Source of the DNA: Terriglobia bacterium
GTDB taxonomy: Bacteria; Acidobacteriota; Terriglobia; Acidiferrales; UBA7541
DNA: 64,000 nucleotides
NCBI GenBank assembly: GCA_963695545.1
Contig: OY968796.1
Span: 3,936,001 to 4,000,000 of the forward strand
Reading direction: 5' to 3'
The notes below the pieces were generated by a model, which was not told where the DNA came from, made no database searches, and worked only from the letters and a program-made list of their open reading frames with translations. Below are positions 40,878-49,746 of this stretch, one piece after another (position 1 is the first letter of the stretch; each line of letters begins with the position of its first letter). A program made the position numbers and the translations under genes.

Positions 40878-40937
40878 ACGAGCTTTCGTTTCTAGCAGAA
40901 GCATCGCGGATTATCAACCGACGGGGACGATCGACAA

Positions 40938-41885
40938 ATGAAGATTGCAGTGCGGGATCAGCTTGCAGAGTTGCGCAGCGCCGTCGGCCACGCGATTCGC
41001 GGCAAAGACGACGTGATCGAGCTCGCGATCGTGGCGCTCCTCGCGCGCGGACACTTGCTGATCGAAGACGTTCCGGGCGTCGGCAAGACCACTCTCGCGC
41101 AAGCCCTGGCGCGTTCGTTTCACTGCACGTTCCAGCGCATCCAGTTCACTTCCGATCTTTTGCCGTCCGACGTGATCGGCGTCAGCGTCTTCAATCCCAC
41201 CACGCAGGAGTTCGAGTTCAAGCGCGGCCCGCTCTTCGCCAACGTGGTGCTCGCCGACGAAATCAATCGCACCACGCCGAAGACGCAATCCGCGCTGCTC
41301 GAAGCCATGAACGAAGCGCAAGTGACCGTCGAAAATCACACCTATCCTCTTCCGCAGCCCTTTCTCGTGCTCGCCACGCAAAATCCGATCGAGCACCATG
41401 GCACCTATCCCCTGCCCGAATCGCAACTCGATCGTTTCCTTCTGCGCATCCGCATGGGATATCCCGGGCGCGAGAGCGAGCGCGAAATTCTGCGCCAGCA
41501 TCGCGGCGGCGATGCCTACCGCAGCGTTGAGCCCGTGATGGAAGCTGCCGACGTCGCCGTGCTGCAACGCGAAGTCGAACAAGTTCGCGTCGACGATTCG
41601 CTCGCCGATTACGCCATCGAAATCGTCGAGCGCACGCGCCACGCCGAACAACTCCTCCTCGGCGTCAGCCCGCGCGGCCTGCTCATGCTGCAGCGCGCCG
41701 CGCAGGCCAGCGCCTATATCGATGGCCGCGATTATTGCGTCCCCGACGATTTCAAGCGCCTGATCCTTCCGGTCTTCGCGCATCGCGTGGTCGTCAACAC
41801 GCGCTACGCCTCGACGCAAAAAAAATCCGCGCACGCCGAAGCCATTCTCTCCGAGATCGTCGAATCCACGCGCGTCCCGCTCTGA
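40938..41885 (+). CDS. MoxR family AAA+ ATPase
   Basis: IEDVPGVGKT, RIQFTSDLLPSD, LADEINR, ATQNPIE, LPESQLDRF. Confidence 0.96.
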   Translation: MKIAVRDQLAELRSAVGHAIRGKDDVIELAIVALLARGHLLIEDVPGVGKTTLAQALARSFHCTFQRIQFTSDLLPSDVIGVSVFNPTTQEFEFKRGPLFANVVLADEINRTTPKTQSALLEAMNEAQVTVENHTYPLPQPFLVLATQNPIEHHGTYPLPESQLDRFLLRIRMGYPGRESEREILRQHRGGDAYRSVEPVMEAADVAVLQREVEQVRVDDSLADYAIEIVERTRHAEQLLLGVSPRGLLMLQRAAQASAYIDGRDYCVPDDFKRLILPVFAHRVVVNTRYASTQKKSAHAEAILSEIVESTRVPL

Positions 41886-43282
41886 TGGCCTCCACCATCG
41901 GCATCGCGTCGGACCGCGCCTCCGCCAGCACTCCCGTCCGCAAATCCGATCACAAATCCGACCGCGCCTCAAATCGCACCGCGGAGCGCGCGTCCTGGCG
42001 TAATTTTTTCGTGGCCATCGCCGCGCTCGGCCTGGCGCTCGGCCTCGCGCTGTACTCCGGCGCCGCGGCTCAGACGGGCAACATGGGCTTCGCGGCAGCC
42101 TCTGCGACTCTGGCGCTGGTCGTGGCCGGCTGGGTGGGCCTCGCAATCGTCCCGAAGCTCGCGCGGCGCACTTCCCTTCGCTGGCTCGCCTATCAAATGG
42201 ATTACAAGCTCACGCGCGAGGGCCTCGTGTATCTCGGCGGCGTCGCGGTCGTCACGCTCGCAGCGCTCAACACTGGCAACAATCTTTTGTTCATGGTGCT
42301 GGCCTGCCTGCTTTCCGGCATTTTGATTTCCGGTGTGCTTTCGCGTTTGGTTCTCTCCGGCGTCGACCTGCATCTCGATCTGCCGGAGCACATTTTCGCG
42401 ACGCAACCCGCGGTGGCGCTGGCCGAACTGCGCAACGAAAAATTCTGGCTCCCGTCGTTTTCGCTCTCCGTCGTCGGCGAGTCGCCGGAATCGAAGCGCG
42501 AGCGCGGCCGTGCCCCCGCCGCGATTCTCACGCGCCCCGTCTACTTCCCTTACCTTCCGCGCAAAGGGTCCGTGCGCCAGAGCGTCGAGCTCACCTTCCC
42601 GCGCCGCGGCCTCTACCGCCAAGACGCGCTCGGCCTGCGCACGAAATTTCCGTTCGGCTTCCTGCAAAAAACGCGCCGCATGGACGCCGATCTCGAAATC
42701 GTCGCCTATCCCGCCGTGCGCCAGAGCGACGAATTTTTCGAGGTGCTCCCGCTCGTCACCGGCGAACTTGAAAGTTACGTCCGCGGCCGCGGTCACGATC
42801 TCTACGCCATCCGCGATTACCGCTCGACCGACAGCGCGCGCCACGTCGATTGGAAAGCCACGGCCAAAAAAGCCGCGCTGCAAGTGCGCGAATACGCGCG
42901 CGAGGACGAACGCCGCGTGCTGCTCGCCCTCGATCCCGAACTCGATCCCGCTGCGTTCAAAGGTCCCGAACAAATGGCCGAGCGCTTCGATCGCGCCGTA
43001 GGTCTGTGCGCAAGTCTCGCCTGGCATTTCTACGGACTCGATTCCGTGCTCGAATTCCGCACCGCCGGCACCACGATTCCCGCCGCGCCCGCCGCCGAAG
43101 TGATCTACGACGCGCTGCGCAGCCTCGCGCTCGTTGAGCCGCGGCCGCGCTCGAAGGGCGCGCGTTTCCTCGATCAACTCACCGACCAGCCCGACATTTT
43201 CAAAATCATCGTGACGTTCGAGCCGCGCGGCGCCGTGCCCACGCGGCTTTGGAGTTCTTCGTTCTTGCTCTTTCAGTCCTAA
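41885..43282 (+). CDS. DUF58 domain membrane protein (MoxR partner)
   Basis: TGATG overlap with moxR; AALNTGNNLL, FPFG, IRDY...RHVDWKATAK...VREY. Confidence 0.92.
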   Translation: MASTIGIASDRASASTPVRKSDHKSDRASNRTAERASWRNFFVAIAALGLALGLALYSGAAAQTGNMGFAAASATLALVVAGWVGLAIVPKLARRTSLRWLAYQMDYKLTREGLVYLGGVAVVTLAALNTGNNLLFMVLACLLSGILISGVLSRLVLSGVDLHLDLPEHIFATQPAVALAELRNEKFWLPSFSLSVVGESPESKRERGRAPAAILTRPVYFPYLPRKGSVRQSVELTFPRRGLYRQDALGLRTKFPFGFLQKTRRMDADLEIVAYPAVRQSDEFFEVLPLVTGELESYVRGRGHDLYAIRDYRSTDSARHVDWKATAKKAALQVREYAREDERRVLLALDPELDPAAFKGPEQMAERFDRAVGLCASLAWHFYGLDSVLEFRTAGTTIPAAPAAEVIYDALRSLALVEPRPRSKGARFLDQLTDQPDIFKIIVTFEPRGAVPTRLWSSSFLLFQS

Positions 43283-43342
43283 CGAATCCGGCGCACGCTA
43301 GCTTGCAACCCGCCCGACCGCTTGTGTCAGAATGCCAGGCTG

Positions 43343-44479
43343 ATGGCGTTGCCAAAAAATTTGCTGGCAGATGAAATCGCGATCGCGCGATTTCGCCGCA
43401 ATCTCCTCGCGTGGTATCACGCGTCGAAACGCGATCTCCCCTGGCGCCGCACGCACGACCCGTACCGCATCTGGCTTTCCGAAATCATGCTCCAGCAAAC
43501 GCGCGTGGCCGCGGTGATCGGTTATTACGAGCGCTTCCTCGATCGTTTCCCTACCATCGAATCGCTCGCCGCGGCGCGCGCCGAGGAAGTTTTGCGTCTC
43601 TGGGCCGGCCTCGGCTATTACAGCCGCGCGCGCAATTTGCTTCGCGCCGCGCAGCAAATCATCGCGCAGCACGGCGGCGAATTTCCGCGCGCGTGGGACG
43701 CCGCGATCGCGCTCCCGGGAATCGGCACGTACACCGCCGCTGCGATTCTCAGCATTGCCTATGGCGAGCCGCACGCCGTGCTCGATGGCAACGTGGCGCG
43801 CGTACTCGCGCGCGTCGACGCCGTTCGCGGCGATCTTCGCGCGCCGCGCCGATGGAACGCTCTCACAGTCCGCGCGCAACAAATCGCCGATCCCTTCGCA
43901 TCCGGCGATTGGAACCAAGCCATGATGGAACTCGGCGCCACTATCTGTTTGCCGCGCGCGCCGCTGTGCGAAATATGTCCCGTGCGCGAGTTCTGCCGCG
44001 CGCGAGCGCTAGGCTTGACCAACTCTATTCCCGCGGCGCGGCGAAAACGCGCGCCCGAATCCGTGACGCTCGCCGCCGCCGTTCTGCTCGATCATCGCGG
44101 CCGAACCTTGCTTGTGCGCCCGGGCGCGGCCGAAGCCGCGCTGTTCTCGCGCATGTGGCAATTCCCTGCCGTCGATGCGACCGCGAATGCGGCCTCTGCA
44201 ACGCGCACCGCGCTCGCCAAACATCTCCGCCTCTCGCTCAAAATTGTCGGAATCAGCGCCGCGCAGCTCGCGCCCGCCGATGATTCGCGCCACACCGTGA
44301 CGTTCCGCCGCATCCGCCTCGCCACATTCCTCGCGCGCGTCGCGCGATTGCCGCGATCGCGCGACACACGCACTCCGCGCCTCGACGACGTCGCGCATCT
44401 CGCCGTCTCGAGCGCCACCAAGAAAATCGCGGCCGCGGCCCTGCGCGCCCTCTCCGCCGCTCCGTCGCCGAAAACGTAA
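43343..44479 (+). CDS. mutY: A/G-specific adenine glycosylase
   Basis: RDLPWR, WLSEIMLQQT, WAGLGYYSRARN, LPGIGTYTA, DGNVARV, [4Fe-4S] motif CLPRAPLCEICPVREFC. Confidence 0.96.
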   Translation: MALPKNLLADEIAIARFRRNLLAWYHASKRDLPWRRTHDPYRIWLSEIMLQQTRVAAVIGYYERFLDRFPTIESLAAARAEEVLRLWAGLGYYSRARNLLRAAQQIIAQHGGEFPRAWDAAIALPGIGTYTAAAILSIAYGEPHAVLDGNVARVLARVDAVRGDLRAPRRWNALTVRAQQIADPFASGDWNQAMMELGATICLPRAPLCEICPVREFCRARALGLTNSIPAARRKRAPESVTLAAAVLLDHRGRTLLVRPGAAEAALFSRMWQFPAVDATANAASATRTALAKHLRLSLKIVGISAAQLAPADDSRHTVTFRRIRLATFLARVARLPRSRDTRTPRLDDVAHLAVSSATKKIAAAALRALSAAPSPKT

Positions 44480-44585
44480 CGCAACGATTCCGCCGCTCCG
44501 CGACACGGTAATCAGTTGGAGCCGTTCCGCCGCGCGCGCGCCGCGACATACGCTCTCGGCTGCTAACATCGAAGTTGAAACCGCC

Positions 44586-46850
44586 ATGCCGCAGCCCATC
44601 ACCACTCGCGACGCGCATCTCTCCGCGCTCGATCGCTATTTCGAGATCTCGCTCTATCTCCTTCTGCTCACCAGCGTGCTCGCGCTCGTCTCCACCGGCA
44701 AGCTCGATCTCGTCACCATGCTCGGAGCGCCCGCCGCCCTGCTGGTGAAGGGCATTCGCTGGCTCCGCGGACTCAAGCCCGAGCTTTCCTCGCGCGCCGC
44801 CACCTGGATCGTCGCGCTCTATCTCGTTTTTTTCCCCATTGACCTTTACTGGGTCTCCCGGTCTATCGCCGCAAACGCGCAAAATCCCAGCTTGATGGCC
44901 GCGCTGCTGGCCGCGATTCACCTGATGCTTTTCGTGATGATCGTTCGCCTTTTCAGCGCGCAGAGCACGCGCGATCACTTGTTCCTCGCCATGCTCGCGT
45001 TCGCGGCCATGTTGTGCGCCGCGATCCTCACTGTCGGCACGGCGTACCTCGCGTTCTTTTTCGCGTTTCTGCTTCTCGCGATTTCCACTTTCATCGGCCT
45101 CGAAATGCGCCGCAGTTCCGAAGCCGCCACGGCGGCGCCTCTTGAATCCGGCACGGGCGCGGCCAAGCGTCTGCAGCGCGCGCTCGGCGGAGCCTCCGTT
45201 CTGCTCGCGGTTGGAACGCTCGTCGTCGGCACGTTGATCTTTTTTCTGATCCCGCGCGTTTCCGCCGGCTATCTTTCCGGCTACAACCTTCAGCCCACGT
45301 TGATCTCGGGATTTTCCGACGACGTCGAGCTCGGCGAAATCGGCACAATCCAGAAAAGCAGCGCCGTGGTGATGCACATCGCGGTCCAGGGCGATCCTGT
45401 TGCGGCGCAATCCATGCATTGGCGCGGCATCGTGCTCACGAATTTCACCGGCTCGCGCTGGTCCAGCGACGAGCGCGGCCCGGTCACCATCCTCGCCGGC
45501 CCGAGCGGCTGGTACCCGCTCGCGTCCGGACCCGCGCCGGCGCTGCGCCGCGCCGTGCCCATGCGCTACACCGTGATGCTCGAACCGCTGGCCACCACTT
45601 CGCTCTTTTTCGCCGCCGAACCCCAGAGTGTGCGCGGCACTTTCGGCGGCGCCGCGTCCGGCGCAGCCGCGCGTCGCAGTTTTCTGGTGCGCGATCGCAC
45701 CGGCTCGATCTTCGATCCGTTCTACATCTCGGAACGCGTGCGCTACGAAGCGGTGTCCATGCGCGATGTAAACACGCCCGCCGAACTGCGCACCGCGCCG
45801 ACCGTCTACCCCAGCGAAATCACCGCCGCTTATTTGCAATTGCCGTGGCTCGATCCGCGTATTCCCGCGCTCGCGCAGCAAATCACCGCGCACAGCCCCA
45901 CTCCGTACGACAAAGCGTCCGCCATTGAAATTTATCTGCGCACGCACTACGGTTATACGCTCGATCTTTCCGGCAAGCCGCCGGCCGATCCTCTCGCCTA
46001 TTTCCTGTTCGATCGCCGCGCCGGCCATTGCGAATATTTCGCATCGGCCATGACCGTGATGGTGCGCAGCCTGGGCATTCCGGCGCGCTACATCAATGGT
46101 TTTCTGCCCGGCGAATACAACAGCGTGGACGGCAATTACGTGATCCGCGCAAGCGACGCGCACAGCTGGGTGGAAGTTTATTTTCCCGATTACGGCTGGA
46201 TCACCTTTGATCCCACTCCACCGTCGGAAGAAGAGTCGTTGAGCTTCGCCGCGCACCTCGCGCAATACTGGGATTGGTTTCAAGTGAGCTGGAGCGAGTG
46301 GGTGATCAATTACGATTTCTCGCACCAGTTCCAACTCGCGCAGGGCGTGCAGCGCGCGTCGCGCGCGTGGACCGAGCGCTGGATCGAGCGCGTGGGTTCG
46401 GCGAGGGCCGGCGCCACGAACTGGATGCTCACCTGGCAGGTGCGCGTGTTGCGCTGGCCGCACCGCGAATCGCTTTGGTTGATTCTGGTCGCGGCGATGG
46501 CGGCGCTTGTGGCGTGGAAGGCCGGGCCGCCGCTGCGAAAATTTTGGCAGTTGCATGCGGGAGGCAGCGGCGCGGTTTCCGCGCATCTCGCTACGCTCTA
46601 CTACGCGCAGATGCTGCGTCTGCTCGAGCGACGCGGCATCGAAAAGGCCGAAGGCCAAACCCCGCTCGAATTCGCGGCGTCGATCGGCCTCGGCGAAATG
46701 GCCGCGCCGGTCGGGGAATTCACCACGATTTACCAAGCTGCGCGTTTCGGCGGAGCTAGCGCCGATCGCCAACAACTAAGACATCTCCTCGACCGCATCC
46801 GCTCCGTCGGCCGCGCCAGAACCCCTCGCGTCACAACCCTCGTTCTCTAA
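44586..46850 (+). CDS. Membrane transglutaminase-like protein (DUF3488-TGase-DUF4129, TgpA-like)
   Basis: Multi-TM N-terminus, GFSDDVELG, YTL, catalytic GHCEYFASAM, AHSWVEVY and WITFDPT; QTPLEFA in the C-terminus. Confidence 0.93.
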   Translation: MPQPITTRDAHLSALDRYFEISLYLLLLTSVLALVSTGKLDLVTMLGAPAALLVKGIRWLRGLKPELSSRAATWIVALYLVFFPIDLYWVSRSIAANAQNPSLMAALLAAIHLMLFVMIVRLFSAQSTRDHLFLAMLAFAAMLCAAILTVGTAYLAFFFAFLLLAISTFIGLEMRRSSEAATAAPLESGTGAAKRLQRALGGASVLLAVGTLVVGTLIFFLIPRVSAGYLSGYNLQPTLISGFSDDVELGEIGTIQKSSAVVMHIAVQGDPVAAQSMHWRGIVLTNFTGSRWSSDERGPVTILAGPSGWYPLASGPAPALRRAVPMRYTVMLEPLATTSLFFAAEPQSVRGTFGGAASGAAARRSFLVRDRTGSIFDPFYISERVRYEAVSMRDVNTPAELRTAPTVYPSEITAAYLQLPWLDPRIPALAQQITAHSPTPYDKASAIEIYLRTHYGYTLDLSGKPPADPLAYFLFDRRAGHCEYFASAMTVMVRSLGIPARYINGFLPGEYNSVDGNYVIRASDAHSWVEVYFPDYGWITFDPTPPSEEESLSFAAHLAQYWDWFQVSWSEWVINYDFSHQFQLAQGVQRASRAWTERWIERVGSARAGATNWMLTWQVRVLRWPHRESLWLILVAAMAALVAWKAGPPLRKFWQLHAGGSGAVSAHLATLYYAQMLRLLERRGIEKAEGQTPLEFAASIGLGEMAAPVGEFTTIYQAARFGGASADRQQLRHLLDRIRSVGRARTPRVTTLVL

Positions 46851-46877
46851 CGCGCCGCCCCTCCGAAACGAACCCGG

Positions 46878-47030
46878 GTATATACACCCCCGGTATGTTT
46901 TGCGTAAGAAACACAAACAAAAGAACTTGTAGGAGAAGAGTGCGGATGAGTGTGAAAAGACAGTGGATTAAAACTGCTTGTTATGAGTGAGTTGCGCACT
47001 CTTTTGTATTCAACTGAAAACAAAGTGGTT
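46878..47030 (-). repeat. Dispersed AT-rich ~150-bp element, copy 2
   Basis: Reverse complement aligns ungapped to 133-285; 91/131 identities over the 155-285 core by manual count. Confidence 0.9.
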
Positions 47031-47199
47031 GTATGGGGAGAAAATGCGATCGGATACGCACATAGTGTGCGCGAATCAGCGCGATTGGAGCGGCCTGCCA
47101 CGCGTGAAGACGGAAATGGGGTAGGTTCGGGGCCGCAGGGTGGCGCGGGGAAAAGTGGGAGGGCCGGAGAATTCGAATTGTTTGTGGCGAACATATGAA

Positions 47200-47228
47200 A
47201 CGGTAACATAGAGTCCAGATAGTGTCAA
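47200..47228 (-). promoter_or_regulatory. Sigma70-type promoter pointing into repeat copy 2
   Basis: TTGACA (47228-47223), 17-nt spacer ending in TGT, TACCGT (47205-47200); AT-rich upstream. Confidence 0.65.
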
Positions 47229-47386
47229 CTACTATTTAAGTATTCGAAACGAATTAGGCGCGCAAGGCACGGACAAGCTCGCGCCGCGGCGAGCGACGGG
47301 ATCTGCGGTGCGCCAGCGGCGGGAGGCGGCTCGGGCAGTGTGCTAAACTGGCTGGATTGCGCGCATGGCACGAACCGCGCCCGCTT

Positions 47387-48826
47387 ATGCCGAAAGCCGG
47401 ATTCATCAGCCTGGGTTGCCCGAAGAACCTCGTCGATAGCGAGGTGATGATGGGCATTTTGGCGCGTCACGGATACGAATTTACGCCGCGCGCCGAAGAA
47501 GCCGAAGTGTTGGTGGTGAACACCTGCAGCTTCATCGAATCCGCGCAGCACGAATCCGTCGAAGCCATTCTCGAAATGGCCGAATACAAAAAATTCGGCG
47601 TGGCGCGGAAATTGATCGTGGCCGGCTGCCTGGTTGAACGCTATCGCGACGAAATCAGAAAGCGGATCCCGGAAGTCGATGCGGTGATCGGCACCGGCGA
47701 AGTCGAGCGCGTGCTCGAAGCCGTGCGCGGCGAAGCGTTCGCATCCGACGCCGCGAGCGGGCCCGATTACCTCTATCACGATCTGACGCCGCGCCTGCTG
47801 ACCACGCCTCGCCACGCGGCGTATTTAAAAATCGCTGAAGGCTGCGATCATCCCTGCTCGTTCTGCATCATTCCGCAATTGCGCGGGAAATTCCGCAGCC
47901 GCCGCGTGGAATCGGTGGCGCGAGAGGCGGAGCGCCTGGCCGACGCCGGCGTGCGCGAGCTCACGCTGATCGGACAGGACACTACTTCGTACGGCGAAGA
48001 CCTCGGCTTGAAAGACGGCTTGCCGCTCCTGCTCGATCGCCTTTCCGAAATCGACGCGTTGCAATGGGTGCGCGTTCTCTACATCTATCCGAATCGCGTC
48101 ACGCAGCGACTGCTCGAGACCATCGCCGCGCGTCCGCGCCTTGCGAAATATCTCGACATGCCGCTGCAACATGCGAGCCGCAGTGTTCTGGCGCGCATGA
48201 AGCGCGGCGGCTCCGGCGACGCCTTCTTGAAATTGCTCGAGCGCATGCGCCGCACCATCGACGGCGTGGCCCTGCGAACTTCTTTCGTCGTGGGCTTCCC
48301 CGGCGAAACCGAGGCCGATTTCAAAGAACTGTGCGATTTCGTGCGCGCCGCGCGCTTCGATTGGATGGGCGTGTTCGGCTATTCCGATGTCGAAAATGCC
48401 GCGAGCCACGCGCTCGACGCGCGTAGCAAAGTCGATCCCGCGGTGATCGCCGAGCGCCGCGCTCACCTGATGACCATTCAAAAATCGATTTCCGCCCGCA
48501 ATCTGCGCCGCTTCGTCGGACAGCGCGTCACGGCGCTCGTCGAAGGCCCATCGAAAGATAACGATCTCGTTTGGGAAGCGCGCCTCGAAACCATGGCCCC
48601 CGAAATCGACGGCAAGCTTCTGCTCACCGATATCGAAACGCCCAGCGGCACAGCGCGCCCCGGCGACATCATCACCGCCGAGATCGAATCCTCGCACGAC
48701 TACGATTTAGCCGGCCGCGCGGTGCAAATTTTGGATACGCGTCCCGATGCGCCGCGCGAATCGCTGCCCGCGTCCGTCCCGGCGATGCGCATCGGCACCG
48801 GCGCCGCTCTGCGCGTCCTCGCGTGA
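47387..48826 (+). CDS. rimO: Ribosomal protein S12 methylthiotransferase
   Basis: SLGCPKNLVDSE, VNTCSFI, radical SAM motif EGCDHPCSFC, APEIDG, TRAM domain. Confidence 0.97.
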   Translation: MPKAGFISLGCPKNLVDSEVMMGILARHGYEFTPRAEEAEVLVVNTCSFIESAQHESVEAILEMAEYKKFGVARKLIVAGCLVERYRDEIRKRIPEVDAVIGTGEVERVLEAVRGEAFASDAASGPDYLYHDLTPRLLTTPRHAAYLKIAEGCDHPCSFCIIPQLRGKFRSRRVESVAREAERLADAGVRELTLIGQDTTSYGEDLGLKDGLPLLLDRLSEIDALQWVRVLYIYPNRVTQRLLETIAARPRLAKYLDMPLQHASRSVLARMKRGGSGDAFLKLLERMRRTIDGVALRTSFVVGFPGETEADFKELCDFVRAARFDWMGVFGYSDVENAASHALDARSKVDPAVIAERRAHLMTIQKSISARNLRRFVGQRVTALVEGPSKDNDLVWEARLETMAPEIDGKLLLTDIETPSGTARPGDIITAEIESSHDYDLAGRAVQILDTRPDAPRESLPASVPAMRIGTGAALRVLA

Positions 48827-48835
48827 GGCAACTCC

Positions 48836-49051
48836 ATGCGCCATCGCTGCCCCATCTGCCATAAGCCGACCGACTCCGAAAAGAATCAGGAGTTCCCTTT
48901 CTGCAGCGAGCGCTGCCGCCTCGTCGACCTTGGCAACTGGGCCACCGAAAAATACCGAATCGCCTCCCCGCAAATGGACGAATCCGAAGCCGAAGAAATC
49001 GATACGCATGAATCCGGAACCGACGCCGACACCGACGACCACGCCCAATAG
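48836..49051 (+). CDS. yacG: DNA gyrase inhibitor YacG
   Basis: CPIC...PFCSERCRLVDLGNWATEKYRI plus an acidic tail. Confidence 0.93.
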   Translation: MRHRCPICHKPTDSEKNQEFPFCSERCRLVDLGNWATEKYRIASPQMDESEAEEIDTHESGTDADTDDHAQ

Positions 49052-49700
49052 CGCGAGCAGCGCGAGCGCCGCGCCGCCGCGACGCAAGCCCCGCATCTCG
49101 CTCGCGATCGCGACGGCCCTCGGCCTAGGCTACATCCCGAAAGCGCCCGGAACATTCGGCTCCCTCGCCGGCGTCGCGCTGACCCTCGTCTCCCCGATTC
49201 TCCTATTCTTGTCATTCGCCTGGATGGGGCCGGGCGTTTTTGAGGAATACCATCTCCATGTCGGAGACCAATGGATGCTTTTCATAATCGCCAACGTCTA
49301 TTACGAACTCGGCCTCTGCCTCGCGGTTGCGCTCTTGGGCGTTTGGACCGCGTCCCGGTCGGCCGCATACCTCGGCTCAAAGGATCCGCAGGTCGTCGTG
49401 ATCGACGAGGTCTCCGGACAATACCTTGCGCTTTTCGTCGGCAGCCTGTGGCCAGGGCGGTTCGAGGCAATGCACCTGCTCACCTGGCCTCGGTCCGTCG
49501 TGTATAACCTCGACTTTCCACTTGACTGGAAATGTCTCTTGGCGGGATTTATACTTTTTCGCGTTTTCGATATCTGGAAGCCATTCCCGGCGCGTCAGGC
49601 AGAATCTTTGCCGCGCGGCTGGGGAATCATGGCCGACGACTGGATCGCGGGCCTCTACGCCGCGCTCGGATTGTGGATTTTGCGCGCGCTGGGGCTATGA
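49008..49700 (+). CDS. pgpA: Phosphatidylglycerophosphatase A
   Basis: GLGYIPKAPGTFGS, KDPQVVVIDEVSG, FRVFDIWKPFP, GIMADD. Confidence 0.93.
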   Translation: MNPEPTPTPTTTPNSASSASAAPPRRKPRISLAIATALGLGYIPKAPGTFGSLAGVALTLVSPILLFLSFAWMGPGVFEEYHLHVGDQWMLFIIANVYYELGLCLAVALLGVWTASRSAAYLGSKDPQVVVIDEVSGQYLALFVGSLWPGRFEAMHLLTWPRSVVYNLDFPLDWKCLLAGFILFRVFDIWKPFPARQAESLPRGWGIMADDWIAGLYAALGLWILRALGL

Positions 49701-49746
49701 TCAGCCCGCACAGGGCGACGCGCGTTAGCTGACGAAGATATTTCTC

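Noticed and set aside
44253..46775. 840-aa minus-strand ORF
   Set aside because: Shadow of the transglutaminase gene; Arg/Gly-rich with no domain signal.
285..46878. The two inverted repeat copies as ends of a 46-kb transposon or invertible segment
   Set aside because: Only about 70% identical, the enclosed DNA is essential housekeeping genes, and no recombinase or target duplication was seen.
47170..47210. LexA box near the repeat-associated promoter
   Set aside because: GTTC-like half-sites are present but not in GTTC-N7-GTTC spacing.
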